DNA of 55,649 nucleotides, from NCBI GenBank assembly GCA_040905925.1, contig JBBDQO010000018.1, forward strand, positions 1 to 55,649, in the 5' to 3' direction. A program made the position numbers and the translations under genes. The stretch is from Acidimicrobiia bacterium. GTDB lineage: Bacteria; Actinomycetota; Acidimicrobiia; Spongiisociales; ZC4RG35. Below, in pieces: positions 44,998 to 55,593 of this stretch. The notes beneath the pieces were generated by a model, which searched no databases, was not told the DNA's origin, and was given only the letters and a program-made list of their open reading frames with translations. The first letter of the stretch is position 1. Each line of letters opens with the position of its first letter.

Positions 44998-46305
44998 TTA
45001 CGGCCAGCCCTGGTGGTGGAGCCGGAACTCACGCACCTCGTCGGTAGTCGACGGGCCCCAGGTCATGGTGGGCACCGGGTGCTCGACCCGGGCCGCCTCC
45101 AACTCGTCAGCGGTGAAGCCGACCGGCTTCCGGATCGGGTCGATCCCGTACAGGTTCGCCGCATTCCAGCCGAGGATCTTGGCCTTGATCGCCCGGGTCA
45201 GCTCTGGATAGCCGTATCGCTCACGGAGGTCGGCCGGAATCTGGAACGCCCGAAAGGCGTCGATCTGGCCCTGGGGCGAGCCGTAGAAGATGGAGTCGGT
45301 CCCCCAGAGCACATTGTCCTCCCCGAAGGCGACCAGAAGCTTGCCCAGGACGTGGGCGGCCTCATCGGGCCGCCGGAGCAGATGCCACCAGGTGGAGCCG
45401 ATCTCGGCATAGACGTTCTCCCCGGGGCCGATCCCCGCGCCGCGCACCGAGGCCACCAGACGATTGACGCCGACGCCGGCATTGCCTTCGGTGAACGGGC
45501 CCTCACGTTGCGCCACCTCGAACCCGGAGTGATAGACCACGAACTTGACGTTGGGATGGGCTCGTGCCGCCGGGCCGATGTCCTCGGGTGACCCATACCG
45601 GGCCCGGTCCGAAAGCCCCTTATGCACGAAGAGCAAAGGGTTGCCGAGAGCCTCGACCTGGTCGAGGAAGAGATTGCCCACCTGGGGTAGGTCGGGGTTG
45701 TGGTCGTCGAGCCACCAATGGATCCCCGACGGGAAATGGGTGAAGGTCTTCCAACCTGCGATCTCATTCTCGGCGACGGTGCGTTCCATCTCCTCGAGGA
45801 CCGACTCGATCGATGCAATCTGGGGAAGAGCGAGTGCGTTGACCACCACTCGGTCGTCGCCGGAGAGGTTTTGGACCAGGCGTCTGGTCTCCTCCATCAC
45901 CTGGGGCGAGAGCGGGCTTCCCTCGGGGAGGATGGGGAGACCGGAGAGGGCGACCATCGTGGTGTCGGAGCGGACGAAGACTTCTTCCAGGAAATGATTC
46001 ATAGAGAAGCAGGCCCGTGGGTCGTCCTCGTCCTGGCATTGGGCCTGGGGGAATTGCCGGCCCCAGAACCAGTCGCCACGGGTGGAAGGATCGAGGTCAT
46101 ACTCGAGAAGGTGGCCCTGGACGTCGAACACGAACTGTGAGGGGCCGAGCACCGCCCGTGCCGCGTCGGTGTCATGACGGGAGATGGGATCGAACGGATA
46201 CCAGAGACCTGCCGGCACTCCGGCTGCTCTGGCCACTGCGGCGTCGATTGCGGCAAGCGACACCGCCAAGGCACAGGCCGACCGCAGGAACTGACGTCGG
46301 CTCAT
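44998..46305 (-). CDS. Tat-exported amidohydrolase-2 (TIM-barrel metal hydrolase) family protein
   Basis: MSRRQFLRSACALAVSLAA (twin-arginine signal), FDVQGH and VLWGTDS. The ORF stays open up to GTG 46521, which lies inside the right repeat, so the true start is uncertain. Confidence 0.75.
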   Translation of the reverse strand: MSRRQFLRSACALAVSLAAIDAAVARAAGVPAGLWYPFDPISRHDTDAARAVLGPSQFVFDVQGHLLEYDLDPSTRGDWFWGRQFPQAQCQDEDDPRACFSMNHFLEEVFVRSDTTMVALSGLPILPEGSPLSPQVMEETRRLVQNLSGDDRVVVNALALPQIASIESVLEEMERTVAENEIAGWKTFTHFPSGIHWWLDDHNPDLPQVGNLFLDQVEALGNPLLFVHKGLSDRARYGSPEDIGPAARAHPNVKFVVYHSGFEVAQREGPFTEGNAGVGVNRLVASVRGAGIGPGENVYAEIGSTWWHLLRRPDEAAHVLGKLLVAFGEDNVLWGTDSIFYGSPQGQIDAFRAFQIPADLRERYGYPELTRAIKAKILGWNAANLYGIDPIRKPVGFTADELEAARVEHPVPTMTWGPSTTDEVREFRLHHQGWP

Positions 46306-46501
46306 CCCGGTCCGGACGATGGCTTCCTCGACCCCTGAACGAGCCAGGTTCTCCGCCTCTCGCCGGACCGGCGTGATCGGCTCGGGCTCGTACTCACCGT
46401 TGGAGCACTGTCCAAAGGCGATAGGGAGACCAGGGTCTTCGTCGCGCCACGATCCGGCCATCGCCTTGATTCTGCCCGGGTTCTGCGTTCTGTGTTCGAG
46501 G

Positions 46502-46537
46502 GGCGCCACATATGGCGCCACGTACCTCAGGTAAGCG
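46502..46537. repeat. Right 36-bp inverted repeat bounding the nuoD-nuoE cassette
   Basis: GGCGCCACATATGGCGCCACGTACCTCAGGTAAGCG, the reverse complement of 42194-42229 with 2 mismatches. Confidence 0.9.
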
Positions 46538-46585
46538 TTTGTGGGTTTCGCTACGCCATCAGGGGCTACCTATTCTCCGGCACCG

Positions 46586-47209
46586 ATGAGCCATTGGTCG
46601 GAGGCCACCCAGGACCGCGCCCGAGAGATCATCTCCCGTTATCCGATGAAGAGGTCGGCCGTCATGCCTCTTCTCTACCTGGCGATGGGCGAGGAGGGAC
46701 ATCTCAGCAACGAGGGGATGGAGGAGGTGGCTCGCTGGGTGGACATCACCCCGGCCCAGGTCCAAGCCGTTGCCAGCTTCTACACGATGTACAAGAGGGA
46801 GCGAACCGGGCGATATCTGATCTCGTGCTGCACCTCCATCTCCTGCATGCTGCTCGGCGCCGACGACGTGCTCCACGCCATCGAGGACGAGTCGGGGGTG
46901 CCTCATGGAGAGACCGATGACAAGGGCCTGCTCTCGGTGGAGCACGTGGAGTGCATCGGGGCCTGCGGTGGGGCACCCGCGGTCCAGGTCAACTACGAGC
47001 TGATCGAGGGAGTGACCCCGGATCGAGCCCGCGACCTCGTGCGCTGGCTGAGCGGAGCGAGACCGGCTGTGGTCAACACCGAAGAGATGCAAGAGCTGTT
47101 CGGCGGTGTCAAGAGCTTCGACTGGGGAGTGAAGGAGGAAGTCGGGGCTATCGGCCCCTACCCGGCGTTCCAGCACTTTGGAACCGTTGGAAGGGAGGAT
47201 CTTCCTTGA
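46586..47209 (+). CDS. nuoE: NADH-quinone oxidoreductase subunit E
   Basis: YPMKRSAVMPLLYLA, ASFYTMY, CTSISCML and ECIGACGGAP. Alternative start GTG 46541. Confidence 0.9.
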   Translation: MSHWSEATQDRAREIISRYPMKRSAVMPLLYLAMGEEGHLSNEGMEEVARWVDITPAQVQAVASFYTMYKRERTGRYLISCCTSISCMLLGADDVLHAIEDESGVPHGETDDKGLLSVEHVECIGACGGAPAVQVNYELIEGVTPDRARDLVRWLSGARPAVVNTEEMQELFGGVKSFDWGVKEEVGAIGPYPAFQHFGTVGREDLP

Positions 47210-48519
47210 CGACAGCCCTGGTAGTCACCCGGCGGATGACCGAGCATCCCACGGACTCGCACACCATCGAGCGCTACGAGGCCACCGGCGGCTACCAGCA
47301 AGCTCCTCGCGCCCTGGGAATGACCAGAGACGAGCTGGTGGCGATGGTCAAGAGCTCGGGTCTCCTCGGTCGAGGTGGAGCCGCCTTCTCCACCGGTCTC
47401 AAATGGAGCCTTCTTGCCCCGGACCGCCCGGCCTATCTGGTGATCAATGCCGACGAGTCCGAACCCGGCACCTTCAAGGACCGTCAGCTCCTGGAGCGTG
47501 ACCCCCATCAGATGCTGGAGGGCGCAATCATCGCCGCCGTGGCCAATGAGGTCCACCACGCCTTCATCTACATCCGGGGCGAGTACCCAAAGCCTGCCCG
47601 ACGGGTGCAGGCCGCGATAGATGCCGCCTACGCCAAGGGCTACCTGGGCAGGGGAATCTTCGGCACCGAATACGACCTGGAGGTCACCGTTCATATCGGC
47701 GCCGGCGCCTACATCTGCGGGGAGGAGACGGCGCTGATCAACAGCCTCGAGGGTCTCCGCGGCGAGCCCAGGCTCAAACCCCCCTACTTCCCGGCGGTGA
47801 AAGGGCTCTACATGCAGCCCACCATCGTCAACAACGTCGAAACGGTGTCCGACCTGCCCTACATCCTCGAGATGGGCGCCGAGGCATATGCCGGGTTGGG
47901 TCACCCTCTCGACACCGGGACCTTCATGATGTCGATCTCGGGTCACGTCAACCGACCCGGCAACTACGAGCTCCCCCACGGGATTCCCTGGGGGGAGCTG
48001 ATCTACGAGGTAGCCGGCGGGATCCGGGGTGACCGGGAGCTCAAGGCATGGATCCCCGGCGGTGCCTCGGCGCCCTGGTTCGTGCCTGGCGTCCATCTCG
48101 ATCAGCAGATCACGAGGGACGTCTGTGTCGAGGCCGGGTCGATGCTGGGCTCGGGGGCGGTGATCGTCATGGACGAGACCACCTGCATGATCCGGGCAGC
48201 GGAACGGATCCTTCGCTTCTTCGCCCACGAGTCCTGTGGCCAATGCACCCCCTGTAGGGAGGGGACCACCTGGCTGGAGATGGTCTTGCACCGGATCGAG
48301 ACCGGTCAGGGACGCCAAATCGACCTGGACCTGATGCTCGATGTCTCCGACGGGATCAGCATCGGGCTCGCCTGGCCGCCAAGGATGACGACGATCTGCC
48401 CTCTGGGGCCATCGGCGGTGTCGCCCATCATCTCCTTGCGCGACTACTTCAGGGATGAGGTCATGGAGCATGTGGCGCTGGGCGCCTGTCCTCTGGAGAA
48501 GGCGGAGGCGGTGGCATGA
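47206..48519 (+). CDS. nuoF: NADH-quinone oxidoreductase subunit F
   Basis: AAGGGAGGA RBS with a TTGA overlap. Contains GRGGAAFSTGLKW, ADESEPGTFKDR and ESCGQCTPCREG. Confidence 0.93.
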   Translation: MTTALVVTRRMTEHPTDSHTIERYEATGGYQQAPRALGMTRDELVAMVKSSGLLGRGGAAFSTGLKWSLLAPDRPAYLVINADESEPGTFKDRQLLERDPHQMLEGAIIAAVANEVHHAFIYIRGEYPKPARRVQAAIDAAYAKGYLGRGIFGTEYDLEVTVHIGAGAYICGEETALINSLEGLRGEPRLKPPYFPAVKGLYMQPTIVNNVETVSDLPYILEMGAEAYAGLGHPLDTGTFMMSISGHVNRPGNYELPHGIPWGELIYEVAGGIRGDRELKAWIPGGASAPWFVPGVHLDQQITRDVCVEAGSMLGSGAVIVMDETTCMIRAAERILRFFAHESCGQCTPCREGTTWLEMVLHRIETGQGRQIDLDLMLDVSDGISIGLAWPPRMTTICPLGPSAVSPIISLRDYFRDEVMEHVALGACPLEKAEAVA

Positions 48520-48539
48520 TGGAGCCGTTCCTCGTCCAG

Positions 48540-48677
48540 GGCGCCCCCCTCCCCGCCTCCGGCGGTGCTCCTCCCTCGCCTTCGGCGCCCCCCTCCCCGG
48601 CTACGCCAGTACTCCCCCCAACGCTCACTCCGTTCGCTGGGGGGAGAAATGCTCGCTTCGCTCTCTGGGGGGAGAGA
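48540..48677. repeat. REP-like cluster of C-run/G-run repeats and a hairpin in the nuoF-nuoG gap
   Basis: GGCGCCCCCCTCCCCG occurs twice (48540-, 48584-). Hairpin CTCCCCCCA (48612-48620) / TGGGGGGAG (48638-48646). A second TGGGGGGAG sits at 48666-48674. Confidence 0.8.
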
Positions 48678-48679
48678 GC

Positions 48680-51106
48680 GTGACCGACCCGGTCAAGATC
48701 ACCGTCGACGGCAAGCCGATGGAGGCCACTGCCGGCGAGATGCTGATAAAGGCCGCCGAGGACGGTGGCACCTACATCCCCCGTTTTTGCTGGCACGAGC
48801 GGATGAACCCGGTGGGAATGTGCCGAATGTGCCTGGTCGAGGTCGACACCCCCAGGGGGCCGATGATCATCACCGCATGCACCAACCCGGTGGCGGAGGG
48901 GATGGTGGTCGACACCCAGAGCGACACGGTGAAGAAGGCCCAGGAGGCAATCCTCGAGTTCCTCCTCGCCAACCATCCCCTCGATTGCCCGATCTGTGAC
49001 AAGGGAGGGGAGTGCCCGCTACAGGATCAGGCCATGTCCCACGGGCCGGGGGAGAGCAGGTTCGTGGAGATCAAGCGCAACTTCGAGAAGCCGATCCCCG
49101 TGTCCGACCTGGTCCTCCTCGATCGTGAGCGGTGCATCCTCTGTGCCCGATGCACACGGTTCTCGGACGAGATCAGCGGTGATCCGCTGATCGAGTTCAT
49201 GGAGCGAGGGAATGTGACCGAGGTCAATACCTTCCCCGATCACCCTTTCTCCTCCTATTTCTCGGGAAACACCGTCCAGATCTGCCCGGTGGGGGCGCTC
49301 ACCGCCAAGCCCTATCGATTCCGGGCCCGTCCCTGGGACCTGACCATGGTTGAGAGCTCCTCCCTCCACGACACCGCCCATCCCCGGATCTCGATCCATG
49401 CCAGCCAGAACCAGATCCTCCGCTTTCTCGGTGTCGACAACGATGCCACCAACCACGGATGGCTGTCGGACAAGGATCGGTTCGGCTTCCAGTACATCGA
49501 GTCCGAGGAGCGACTCACCTCACCCCTGGTCAATCGGGGCGGTGAGCTGGTCGAGGTCACCTGGAACGAGGCTCAGGACATCGTGGCCAACCGGATCGAG
49601 TTGATCCGCGATGAGGACGGCGGCGGCGCCTTTGGGGTGATCGGCGGAGCCAGAGGCACCAACGAGGACGCTTATGCGCTGTCCAAGTTCGCCCGAGTGG
49701 TGCTGGAGACCAACAATGTCGACGCCCGGGTCGGTGACGACCTTGCTTCTCATTTCCTGGCCGCCACAGTCGATCGGGCCCGAATCTCGGATCTCGACGA
49801 CGCCGACACCATCCTGGTTTGGGGCCCGGACCTCAAAGAGGAGCACCCGACGCTCTATCTCCGCGCCCGGCGTGCCGCCCAAGAGCTCGGGGTGACCCTG
49901 ATCGTGGTTCACCCGAGGGCAACCGGGCTCGACGACCGTGCCACTCACAAACTCACCTATCGCCCTGGCGGCGGCTTCGCCCTCCTCGATGACATCGCCA
50001 AAGGTGAGCACCCCGAGGTGAGCCAAGCCCTCGCCGCCGGGAAAGTCGTCGCCATCGTCGGTCAGGCGTGTCACGCCGACGGCCCCAAGCTCGCCGAGTC
50101 GGTGGCGGCCCTGGCCCGGAACAAGGCCTCCTCGGTGAGGATCTTGCCACTGGCGCGACGGGGCAACATCTACGGTGCCCTCGACATGGGCCTGGCCCCC
50201 GATCTGCTCCCGGGACGGGTGGCGATCGACGCGGTGGGATGCGCCAATCTGTCCCAATCATGGGGCGAAATCAGCCGGACTCCCGGCCGGGACACCCGGC
50301 GGATTCTGGAAGGTGTCGAGGCCGGGGAGGTTCGCTGTCTCTTCCTCGTCGGAGCGGACCCGGTACGGGACCTTCCCAACCCAAAGGTCGCGGTCGAGGG
50401 CCTGGAAGTGGCCGAGTACGTGGTGGCCATCGACCTGTTCCTCAATGACTCCAACCGCGGAGCCGACCTGATCCTCCCCGCTTCGGCCTTTGCCGAGAAG
50501 GAGGGGACCGTGACCAACCTCGAGGGCCGGGTACAGAAGGTGAATGCGATCCGTCCCGGGCCGGGCCAGAGCCGTCCCGATTGGTCGATCTTGGCCGACA
50601 TCGCCGAACGAGCCGGTCGTCCCCTGGGCCTGGCGGCGCCCGAGACCATCGCCAAGGAGATCTCCGAGGTGGCCCCGGCCTACACCGGTATCACCTGGGA
50701 TCATCTCGAGTGGGAGCAACGCGACGGCGCGGTCGTCCCTCTGTCAGGGTCGCAGTCGATCCGTCACATACCGGTCGCATTGGCCGGGCCACGTGCCCCT
50801 CGGGCCGCCTTGACGCTCCATGTCGCCCGGACCATGTACGACGATGGGGTGCTCATGAGGCAGAGCCCTTCGCTCCATCCCCTGGCGCCGGGGGCAGTTG
50901 CCCACCTCAATCCGGTCGATGCTCGCAAGCTGGGGGCCCAACACGGCAACCCGGTGCACGTCGTGACCAAGCAGGGTGAGGGAGAGTTCTCAGTCGTGAT
51001 CGACGAACAGACCCCGGCGGGCGTGGTCTATGTCCCCTTCAACCAGCCGGGTGGGGCCTCTCTCGGCACCGATCCGGTGGTTCGGGTGAAGGCGGTTGGC
51101 AAATGA
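48680..51106 (+). CDS. nuoG: NADH-quinone oxidoreductase subunit G
   Basis: GTG 48680 follows a GGGGGGAGAGAG RBS. Contains VKITVDGKPMEA, CWHERMNPVGMCRMCLVEV and CPICDKGGECPLQD, plus a molybdopterin-like domain. Confidence 0.93.
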   Translation: MTDPVKITVDGKPMEATAGEMLIKAAEDGGTYIPRFCWHERMNPVGMCRMCLVEVDTPRGPMIITACTNPVAEGMVVDTQSDTVKKAQEAILEFLLANHPLDCPICDKGGECPLQDQAMSHGPGESRFVEIKRNFEKPIPVSDLVLLDRERCILCARCTRFSDEISGDPLIEFMERGNVTEVNTFPDHPFSSYFSGNTVQICPVGALTAKPYRFRARPWDLTMVESSSLHDTAHPRISIHASQNQILRFLGVDNDATNHGWLSDKDRFGFQYIESEERLTSPLVNRGGELVEVTWNEAQDIVANRIELIRDEDGGGAFGVIGGARGTNEDAYALSKFARVVLETNNVDARVGDDLASHFLAATVDRARISDLDDADTILVWGPDLKEEHPTLYLRARRAAQELGVTLIVVHPRATGLDDRATHKLTYRPGGGFALLDDIAKGEHPEVSQALAAGKVVAIVGQACHADGPKLAESVAALARNKASSVRILPLARRGNIYGALDMGLAPDLLPGRVAIDAVGCANLSQSWGEISRTPGRDTRRILEGVEAGEVRCLFLVGADPVRDLPNPKVAVEGLEVAEYVVAIDLFLNDSNRGADLILPASAFAEKEGTVTNLEGRVQKVNAIRPGPGQSRPDWSILADIAERAGRPLGLAAPETIAKEISEVAPAYTGITWDHLEWEQRDGAVVPLSGSQSIRHIPVALAGPRAPRAALTLHVARTMYDDGVLMRQSPSLHPLAPGAVAHLNPVDARKLGAQHGNPVHVVTKQGEGEFSVVIDEQTPAGVVYVPFNQPGGASLGTDPVVRVKAVGK

Positions 51107-52209
51107 GCTGGCCCGAGTTCTGGATCGTGCTTCTCCGGGTGGTGCTCACCTTTGGGCTGCTCCTCGTGGCGACCATCATCAATGTCTGGGCCGAGCGCAA
51201 GATCCTTGCCGACATGCAAAGTCGGATCGGCCCCAACCGGGCCGGGCCCTACGGGATCCTGCAGACGGTGGCCGACGGCCTCAAGCTCTTCTTCAAGGAG
51301 GCGGTCACGCCGCGCAAGGTGGAGTTGGGGATGTACATCCTCGCCCCGTTTTTGGCCGTGATCCCGGCATTCCTCATCTTCATGATGGTGCCCTGGGGCA
51401 AGCCGTTCATGATCGGCGACCACGAGGTGGCGCTCCAAGGAGCCGATCTCAATGTCGGGCTGCTCTTCATCCTGGCGATGTCCTCACTGGCGGTTTACGC
51501 GGTGGTCCTCGCCGGATGGTCGTCCGGGTCCAAATACCCGTTGTTGGGAGGGGTGCGCGCCACGGCCCAGGCGATCTCCTATGAGGCGGCGATGGGCCTG
51601 GCCATGGTGTCTGTCGTGTTGTTCAGCGCGACCCAGGGCGACGGAGGGACTCTCTCGCTGGGCGAGATCGTCGAGCGGCAGTCGGGGACATGGGGCGACC
51701 TCATACCGGCCTTGGAGCCGGTCCTCCGTTTCGTTCCCCGCTGGAATGTGATCCCCCAGATCGTGGCGTTTGTGATCTTCTTCGTTGCCATCGTGGCCGA
51801 GACCAATCGGGCGCCGTTCGACTTGGTGGAGGCGGAGCAGGAGATCGTCGGCGGGTTCCACACCGAATACTCCGGAATAAGATTCGCCATGTTCTTCCTC
51901 GCCGAGTACGTGAACATCTTCTCCATGTCCGCGATCGCGGCCACCCTGTTCCTTGGTGGTTGGAACGGGCCCACCTTCGAGCAGGCCCTCCCGGGATTCG
52001 TCTCCGCCCTGCTCCCGACGGTCTATTTCCTGCTCAAGACCTACGTTGTGGTGTTTCTCTTCTTCTGGATCCGGGCCACCCTTCCCCGGTTGCGCTATGA
52101 CCAACTCATGCAGCTCGGCTGGAAGCGTCTCATCCCTGGTGCTCTCGGCTGGCTCGTTCTTTCAACCTTTGTGATCGCGTTTCGCCAATTCGGGGCTCCC
52201 TGGAGCTAG
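51103..52209 (+). CDS. nuoH: NADH-quinone oxidoreductase subunit H
   Basis: [45 protein letters not shown]. Confidence 0.95.
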   Translation: MSWPEFWIVLLRVVLTFGLLLVATIINVWAERKILADMQSRIGPNRAGPYGILQTVADGLKLFFKEAVTPRKVELGMYILAPFLAVIPAFLIFMMVPWGKPFMIGDHEVALQGADLNVGLLFILAMSSLAVYAVVLAGWSSGSKYPLLGGVRATAQAISYEAAMGLAMVSVVLFSATQGDGGTLSLGEIVERQSGTWGDLIPALEPVLRFVPRWNVIPQIVAFVIFFVAIVAETNRAPFDLVEAEQEIVGGFHTEYSGIRFAMFFLAEYVNIFSMSAIAATLFLGGWNGPTFEQALPGFVSALLPTVYFLLKTYVVVFLFFWIRATLPRLRYDQLMQLGWKRLIPGALGWLVLSTFVIAFRQFGAPWS

Positions 52210-52211
52210 CC

Positions 52212-52868
52212 ATGGGGTTGTTGAGCGAGCTGATCAAGGGGCTTCGGGTGACCGGCGGGACGATGCTGCGCACCATCAGCGGCAAGGAGTTGGTCACCAC
52301 CGAGTACCCCAAGGAGATGCGGGGCAAGCCGCAGCGGTTCCACGGCCGCCACGTGCTCAACCGCTACCCGGACGGGATGGAGAAGTGCATCGGTTGTGAG
52401 CTTTGTGCCGGCGCCTGCCCGGCGAAGTGCATCTATGTCCGCGGGATGGACAACGACCCGGCCCACCCGACCTCTCCCGGTGAGCGCTACGGCTACGTCT
52501 ACGAGATCAACATGCTGCGTTGCATCTTCTGTGGTTTATGCGTGGAGGCCTGTCCCACCGAGGCAATCACGATGACGTCACTTTTCGAGTTCTCGACCAC
52601 GAACCGTCAGGACGCCATCTACACCCGTGACACCCTCCTCATGGACGAGAGGGGAAACGTCCCCCACATGTTCCCCGACGACGAGCTGGCCGACATGGAT
52701 GAGCTCAACACCGCCGACGGATGGCTGCGTGCCACCGCACCGGCCGGGGTGGCCGCCTACGAGGGCATCCAGATGTGGCAGTCGACTCCGGGCCCCGCCG
52801 ATTGGGCGCCCGAGCCCACACAGGAAGAGCGGGACCTACGGTCCAAAAAGGATGAGCCAGATGGTTGA
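52212..52868 (+). CDS. nuoI: NADH-quinone oxidoreductase subunit I
   Basis: [12 protein letters not shown] and [12 protein letters not shown]. Confidence 0.95.
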   Translation: MGLLSELIKGLRVTGGTMLRTISGKELVTTEYPKEMRGKPQRFHGRHVLNRYPDGMEKCIGCELCAGACPAKCIYVRGMDNDPAHPTSPGERYGYVYEINMLRCIFCGLCVEACPTEAITMTSLFEFSTTNRQDAIYTRDTLLMDERGNVPHMFPDDELADMDELNTADGWLRATAPAGVAAYEGIQMWQSTPGPADWAPEPTQEERDLRSKKDEPDG

Positions 52869-53385
52869 AGCCTTGCTCTTCGTCCTGATGGCCCTTGGTG
52901 CCCTGGCGGGCGCGGTGACCGTGGTAGTGGCGCGCAACTCGGTTTATTCGGCGATGGGTCTGCTGGCGACTTTGTTCTCGGTGGCGGTGCTCTATGTGGT
53001 CCAACTGGCACATCTGGTGGCTGCGGTGCAGGTGATTGTCTATGCCGGTGCGGTGATGACCCTATTCCTGTTCGTGATCATGCTCATCGGCGTCGATCTG
53101 AGCGAGGCAATCGACGAGCGTCTTCCTCGCCAGCGTCTCTGGGTTGGCGGGCTCGCCGGGCTCGTCATCATCCTCGCCGGGGTGGTCACCGTGTCGGGTG
53201 AGTTCGAATGGGTCCCGGCGGCCGCTCCGGAGACGATCGTGGAGAGCACCAACGGCACGGTCCAGGCAGTCGCCGTGCCTCTCTTCACCGAGTGGGTCCT
53301 TGCCTTCGAAGCCACCGCCCTGCTGTTGACCATTGCCGCGGCCGGGGCAATCGCGCTGGCCCATTTCCGCAGGGTGCGGGTGTAA
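52861..53385 (+). CDS. nuoJ: NADH-quinone oxidoreductase subunit J
   Basis: ATG 52861 overlaps the nuoI stop. Contains [21 protein letters not shown]...[20 protein letters not shown]. Confidence 0.88.
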   Translation: MVEALLFVLMALGALAGAVTVVVARNSVYSAMGLLATLFSVAVLYVVQLAHLVAAVQVIVYAGAVMTLFLFVIMLIGVDLSEAIDERLPRQRLWVGGLAGLVIILAGVVTVSGEFEWVPAAAPETIVESTNGTVQAVAVPLFTEWVLAFEATALLLTIAAAGAIALAHFRRVRV

Positions 53386-53687
53386 TGGTTGCCTCCGGCT
53401 GGTACATGGGGCTCGCCGCGGCCCTGTTCACGATCGGCGCCCTAGGCATCCTGCTTCGGCGAAACGCCCTCGTGATGTTCATGTGCATCGAGCTGATGCT
53501 CAACGCGGTCAACCTGACCCTGATCTCGGCCGGTCGGGTGATGAACGATCTCAACGGCCAGGTTGCGGTGTTCTTCATCCTGGTGGTGGCCGCCGCCGAG
53601 GTGGTGGTGGGCCTGGCGATCATCGTCGCCATCTTCCGGCGAAGGGCAACCGCCTCGGTCGACGAGCTGAGCGAGCTGCATGGTTGA
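53385..53687 (+). CDS. nuoK: NADH-quinone oxidoreductase subunit K
   Basis: TAATG junction. Contains [20 protein letters not shown]...[13 protein letters not shown]. Confidence 0.92.
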   Translation: MVASGWYMGLAAALFTIGALGILLRRNALVMFMCIELMLNAVNLTLISAGRVMNDLNGQVAVFFILVVAAAEVVVGLAIIVAIFRRRATASVDELSELHG

Positions 53688-55566
53688 CTTCCTCTGGCTG
53701 GTTATCGCCCTCCCGCTGGCCGGGGCGGTTTTGCTCCATTTCTTCGGGCGCCACCTGAAGGAGCCGCTGAGCGGCTGGCTCGCCTCCATTGCTATCGGTG
53801 GGGCGTTCGTGATCGCGGTGATCGGCGCCATTCCCTTCTTCCAAGGTGGAGAGCACGGCACCGTGATCCTGCTCTGGCAATGGATGCCGGCGATCGGAGC
53901 CAACCTCGAGATCCTGTGGGATCCGCTGGCGGCGCTGATGACCCTGGTGGTGACCGGCGTTGGGGCATTGATCCACGTCTTTGCGATCGGGTACATGCAC
54001 GGTGACGAGCGGTTCCCACGGTTCTTCACCTATCTCAACTTGTTCGCCGCATCGATGCTGACTTTGGTCCTCGCCGGCAACTACGCCATGTTGTTCGTGG
54101 GGTGGGAGTTGGTCGGACTCTGCTCCTACCTGCTCATCGGCTATTGGTTCACCAGAAAGACCGCCGCCGCCGCGGCGAAAAAGGCATTCGTGGTCAATCG
54201 GATCGGCGACTTCGGGTTCATGATCGCCCTGATGCTGGTGTTCACCACTTTCGGCACCCTCTCCTACTCAGGGATCTTCGAGAGGGCAGGGGCAGAGTTG
54301 AGCACCGGTCTGGCGACCGCGATCGGGCTGCTGATCCTGGTCGGAGCGGCGGGTAAATCGGCCCAGATCCCGCTCTATGTTTGGTTGCCCGACGCCATGG
54401 AGGGACCCACTCCGGTGTCGGCCCTGATCCATGCCGCCACCATGGTCACTGCCGGCGTGTACGTGATCGCCCGCTCGGCGGCGATCTACGACCTCTCACC
54501 GGTGGCTCAGACCACCGTTGCCACCATCGGAGCCCTCACCGCGGTTTGGGCAGCCTCGATTGCGATTGCGCAAAGGGACATCAAGAGAGTCCTCGCCTAT
54601 TCGACGATCTCCCAACTCGGGTACATGTTCCTGGCGGTGGGCACCACGGCGTATATCGCCGGGATCTTCCATCTGATGACCCACGCCTTCTTCAAGGCTC
54701 TCCTCTTCCTCGGAGCCGGATCTGTGATCCACGCCATGAGCGACGAGCAGGACATGCACAAGATGGGCGGGCTCTTCAAGAAGATGCCGACCACGGCGGT
54801 CACCATGGGGCTGGCGACCCTGGCGATTGCCGGGATTCCGCCCCTCGCCGGGTTCTGGTCCAAGGATGAGATCCTGGCGTCGGTCTATGCCCGGGGTGGA
54901 TGGTTCTCGTTCCTCTGGATCCTCGGTCTGGTCACCGCCCTCATCACTGCCTTCTACATGACCCGGCAGTGGGTCCTGGTGTTCCTCGGCGAGCCGCGCT
55001 GGGACGAGGACAAGCACCCCCACGAATCGCCACGGGTGATGACCATCCCCTTGATTGCCCTGGCGCTGCTCGCGGTGGTAGGTGGGTTGATCAACACCCC
55101 CTTCTTCACCACGCTCGAGCGTTTCCTCGATCCCAGCTTCGAATTGGTGGACATCCAGCACCCGCCCGAAGACGGGTTGTTGGTGTTGATCCTCGCCGGG
55201 CTCTCCGTGTTGGCAGCGGTTGGTGGGATTGCTGCCGCCTTCCTCTCCTACCGACGCCCCCGGGAGCGCTGGCTCGACTTCGAACATGGTTTCGGGCCTT
55301 TATGGGGAACCTGGGAAGCGGCCTACCGGGTAGATGATCTCTACGGAGCGACATTGGTCGGACCGGGGAAGAAGGCGGCCGAGCTCACCGCCTTCGGACT
55401 CGACCTGAAGGTCATCGATGGTGCGGTCAACGGTGTCGCCAGGCTGGTGCGGGACGCCGGTGCCTGGACCCGGACCCTGCAGACCGGCTACGTCCGCAAT
55501 TACGGGGTCTTGTTCCTCGGGGGGGCGCTGATCGTCGTGATCTGGCTGGTTGCGGGGGGTATGTGA
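53680..55566 (+). CDS. nuoL: NADH-quinone oxidoreductase subunit L
   Basis: [53 protein letters not shown]. Confidence 0.95.
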   Translation: MVDFLWLVIALPLAGAVLLHFFGRHLKEPLSGWLASIAIGGAFVIAVIGAIPFFQGGEHGTVILLWQWMPAIGANLEILWDPLAALMTLVVTGVGALIHVFAIGYMHGDERFPRFFTYLNLFAASMLTLVLAGNYAMLFVGWELVGLCSYLLIGYWFTRKTAAAAAKKAFVVNRIGDFGFMIALMLVFTTFGTLSYSGIFERAGAELSTGLATAIGLLILVGAAGKSAQIPLYVWLPDAMEGPTPVSALIHAATMVTAGVYVIARSAAIYDLSPVAQTTVATIGALTAVWAASIAIAQRDIKRVLAYSTISQLGYMFLAVGTTAYIAGIFHLMTHAFFKALLFLGAGSVIHAMSDEQDMHKMGGLFKKMPTTAVTMGLATLAIAGIPPLAGFWSKDEILASVYARGGWFSFLWILGLVTALITAFYMTRQWVLVFLGEPRWDEDKHPHESPRVMTIPLIALALLAVVGGLINTPFFTTLERFLDPSFELVDIQHPPEDGLLVLILAGLSVLAAVGGIAAAFLSYRRPRERWLDFEHGFGPLWGTWEAAYRVDDLYGATLVGPGKKAAELTAFGLDLKVIDGAVNGVARLVRDAGAWTRTLQTGYVRNYGVLFLGGALIVVIWLVAGGM

Positions 55567-55593
55567 TGTTTGGCCAGCCGACCATTTCCTCCC

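Noticed and set aside
42186-46545. Classical IS/transposon interpretation of the nuoD-nuoE cassette, with target-site duplication
   Set aside because: No transposase ORF lies inside, and the bases immediately outside the two inverted repeats (..GCTAGCAC and TTTGTGGG..) are not a direct repeat. I kept it as a repeat-bounded cassette of unknown mobility instead.
10583-46951. Track ORFs with long N-terminal extensions (starts at 10583, 11865, 12575, 17141, 18411, 19796, 21963, 24028, 28834, 31030, 34840, 37057, 39655, 46951, 52627, 53208)
   Set aside because: The extensions overlap the preceding or antisense gene and are Arg/Pro-rich. Internal ATG, GTG or TTG starts that overlap or abut the upstream stop give proteins beginning at the conserved N-termini.
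48455-48679. In-frame 75-codon extension upstream of nuoG
   Set aside because: The segment consists of the C-run/G-run repeats. It overlaps the nuoF 3' end and translates to low-complexity P/R/S sequence. GTG 48680, preceded by a strong G-rich RBS, starts at the conserved VKITVDGK N-terminus.
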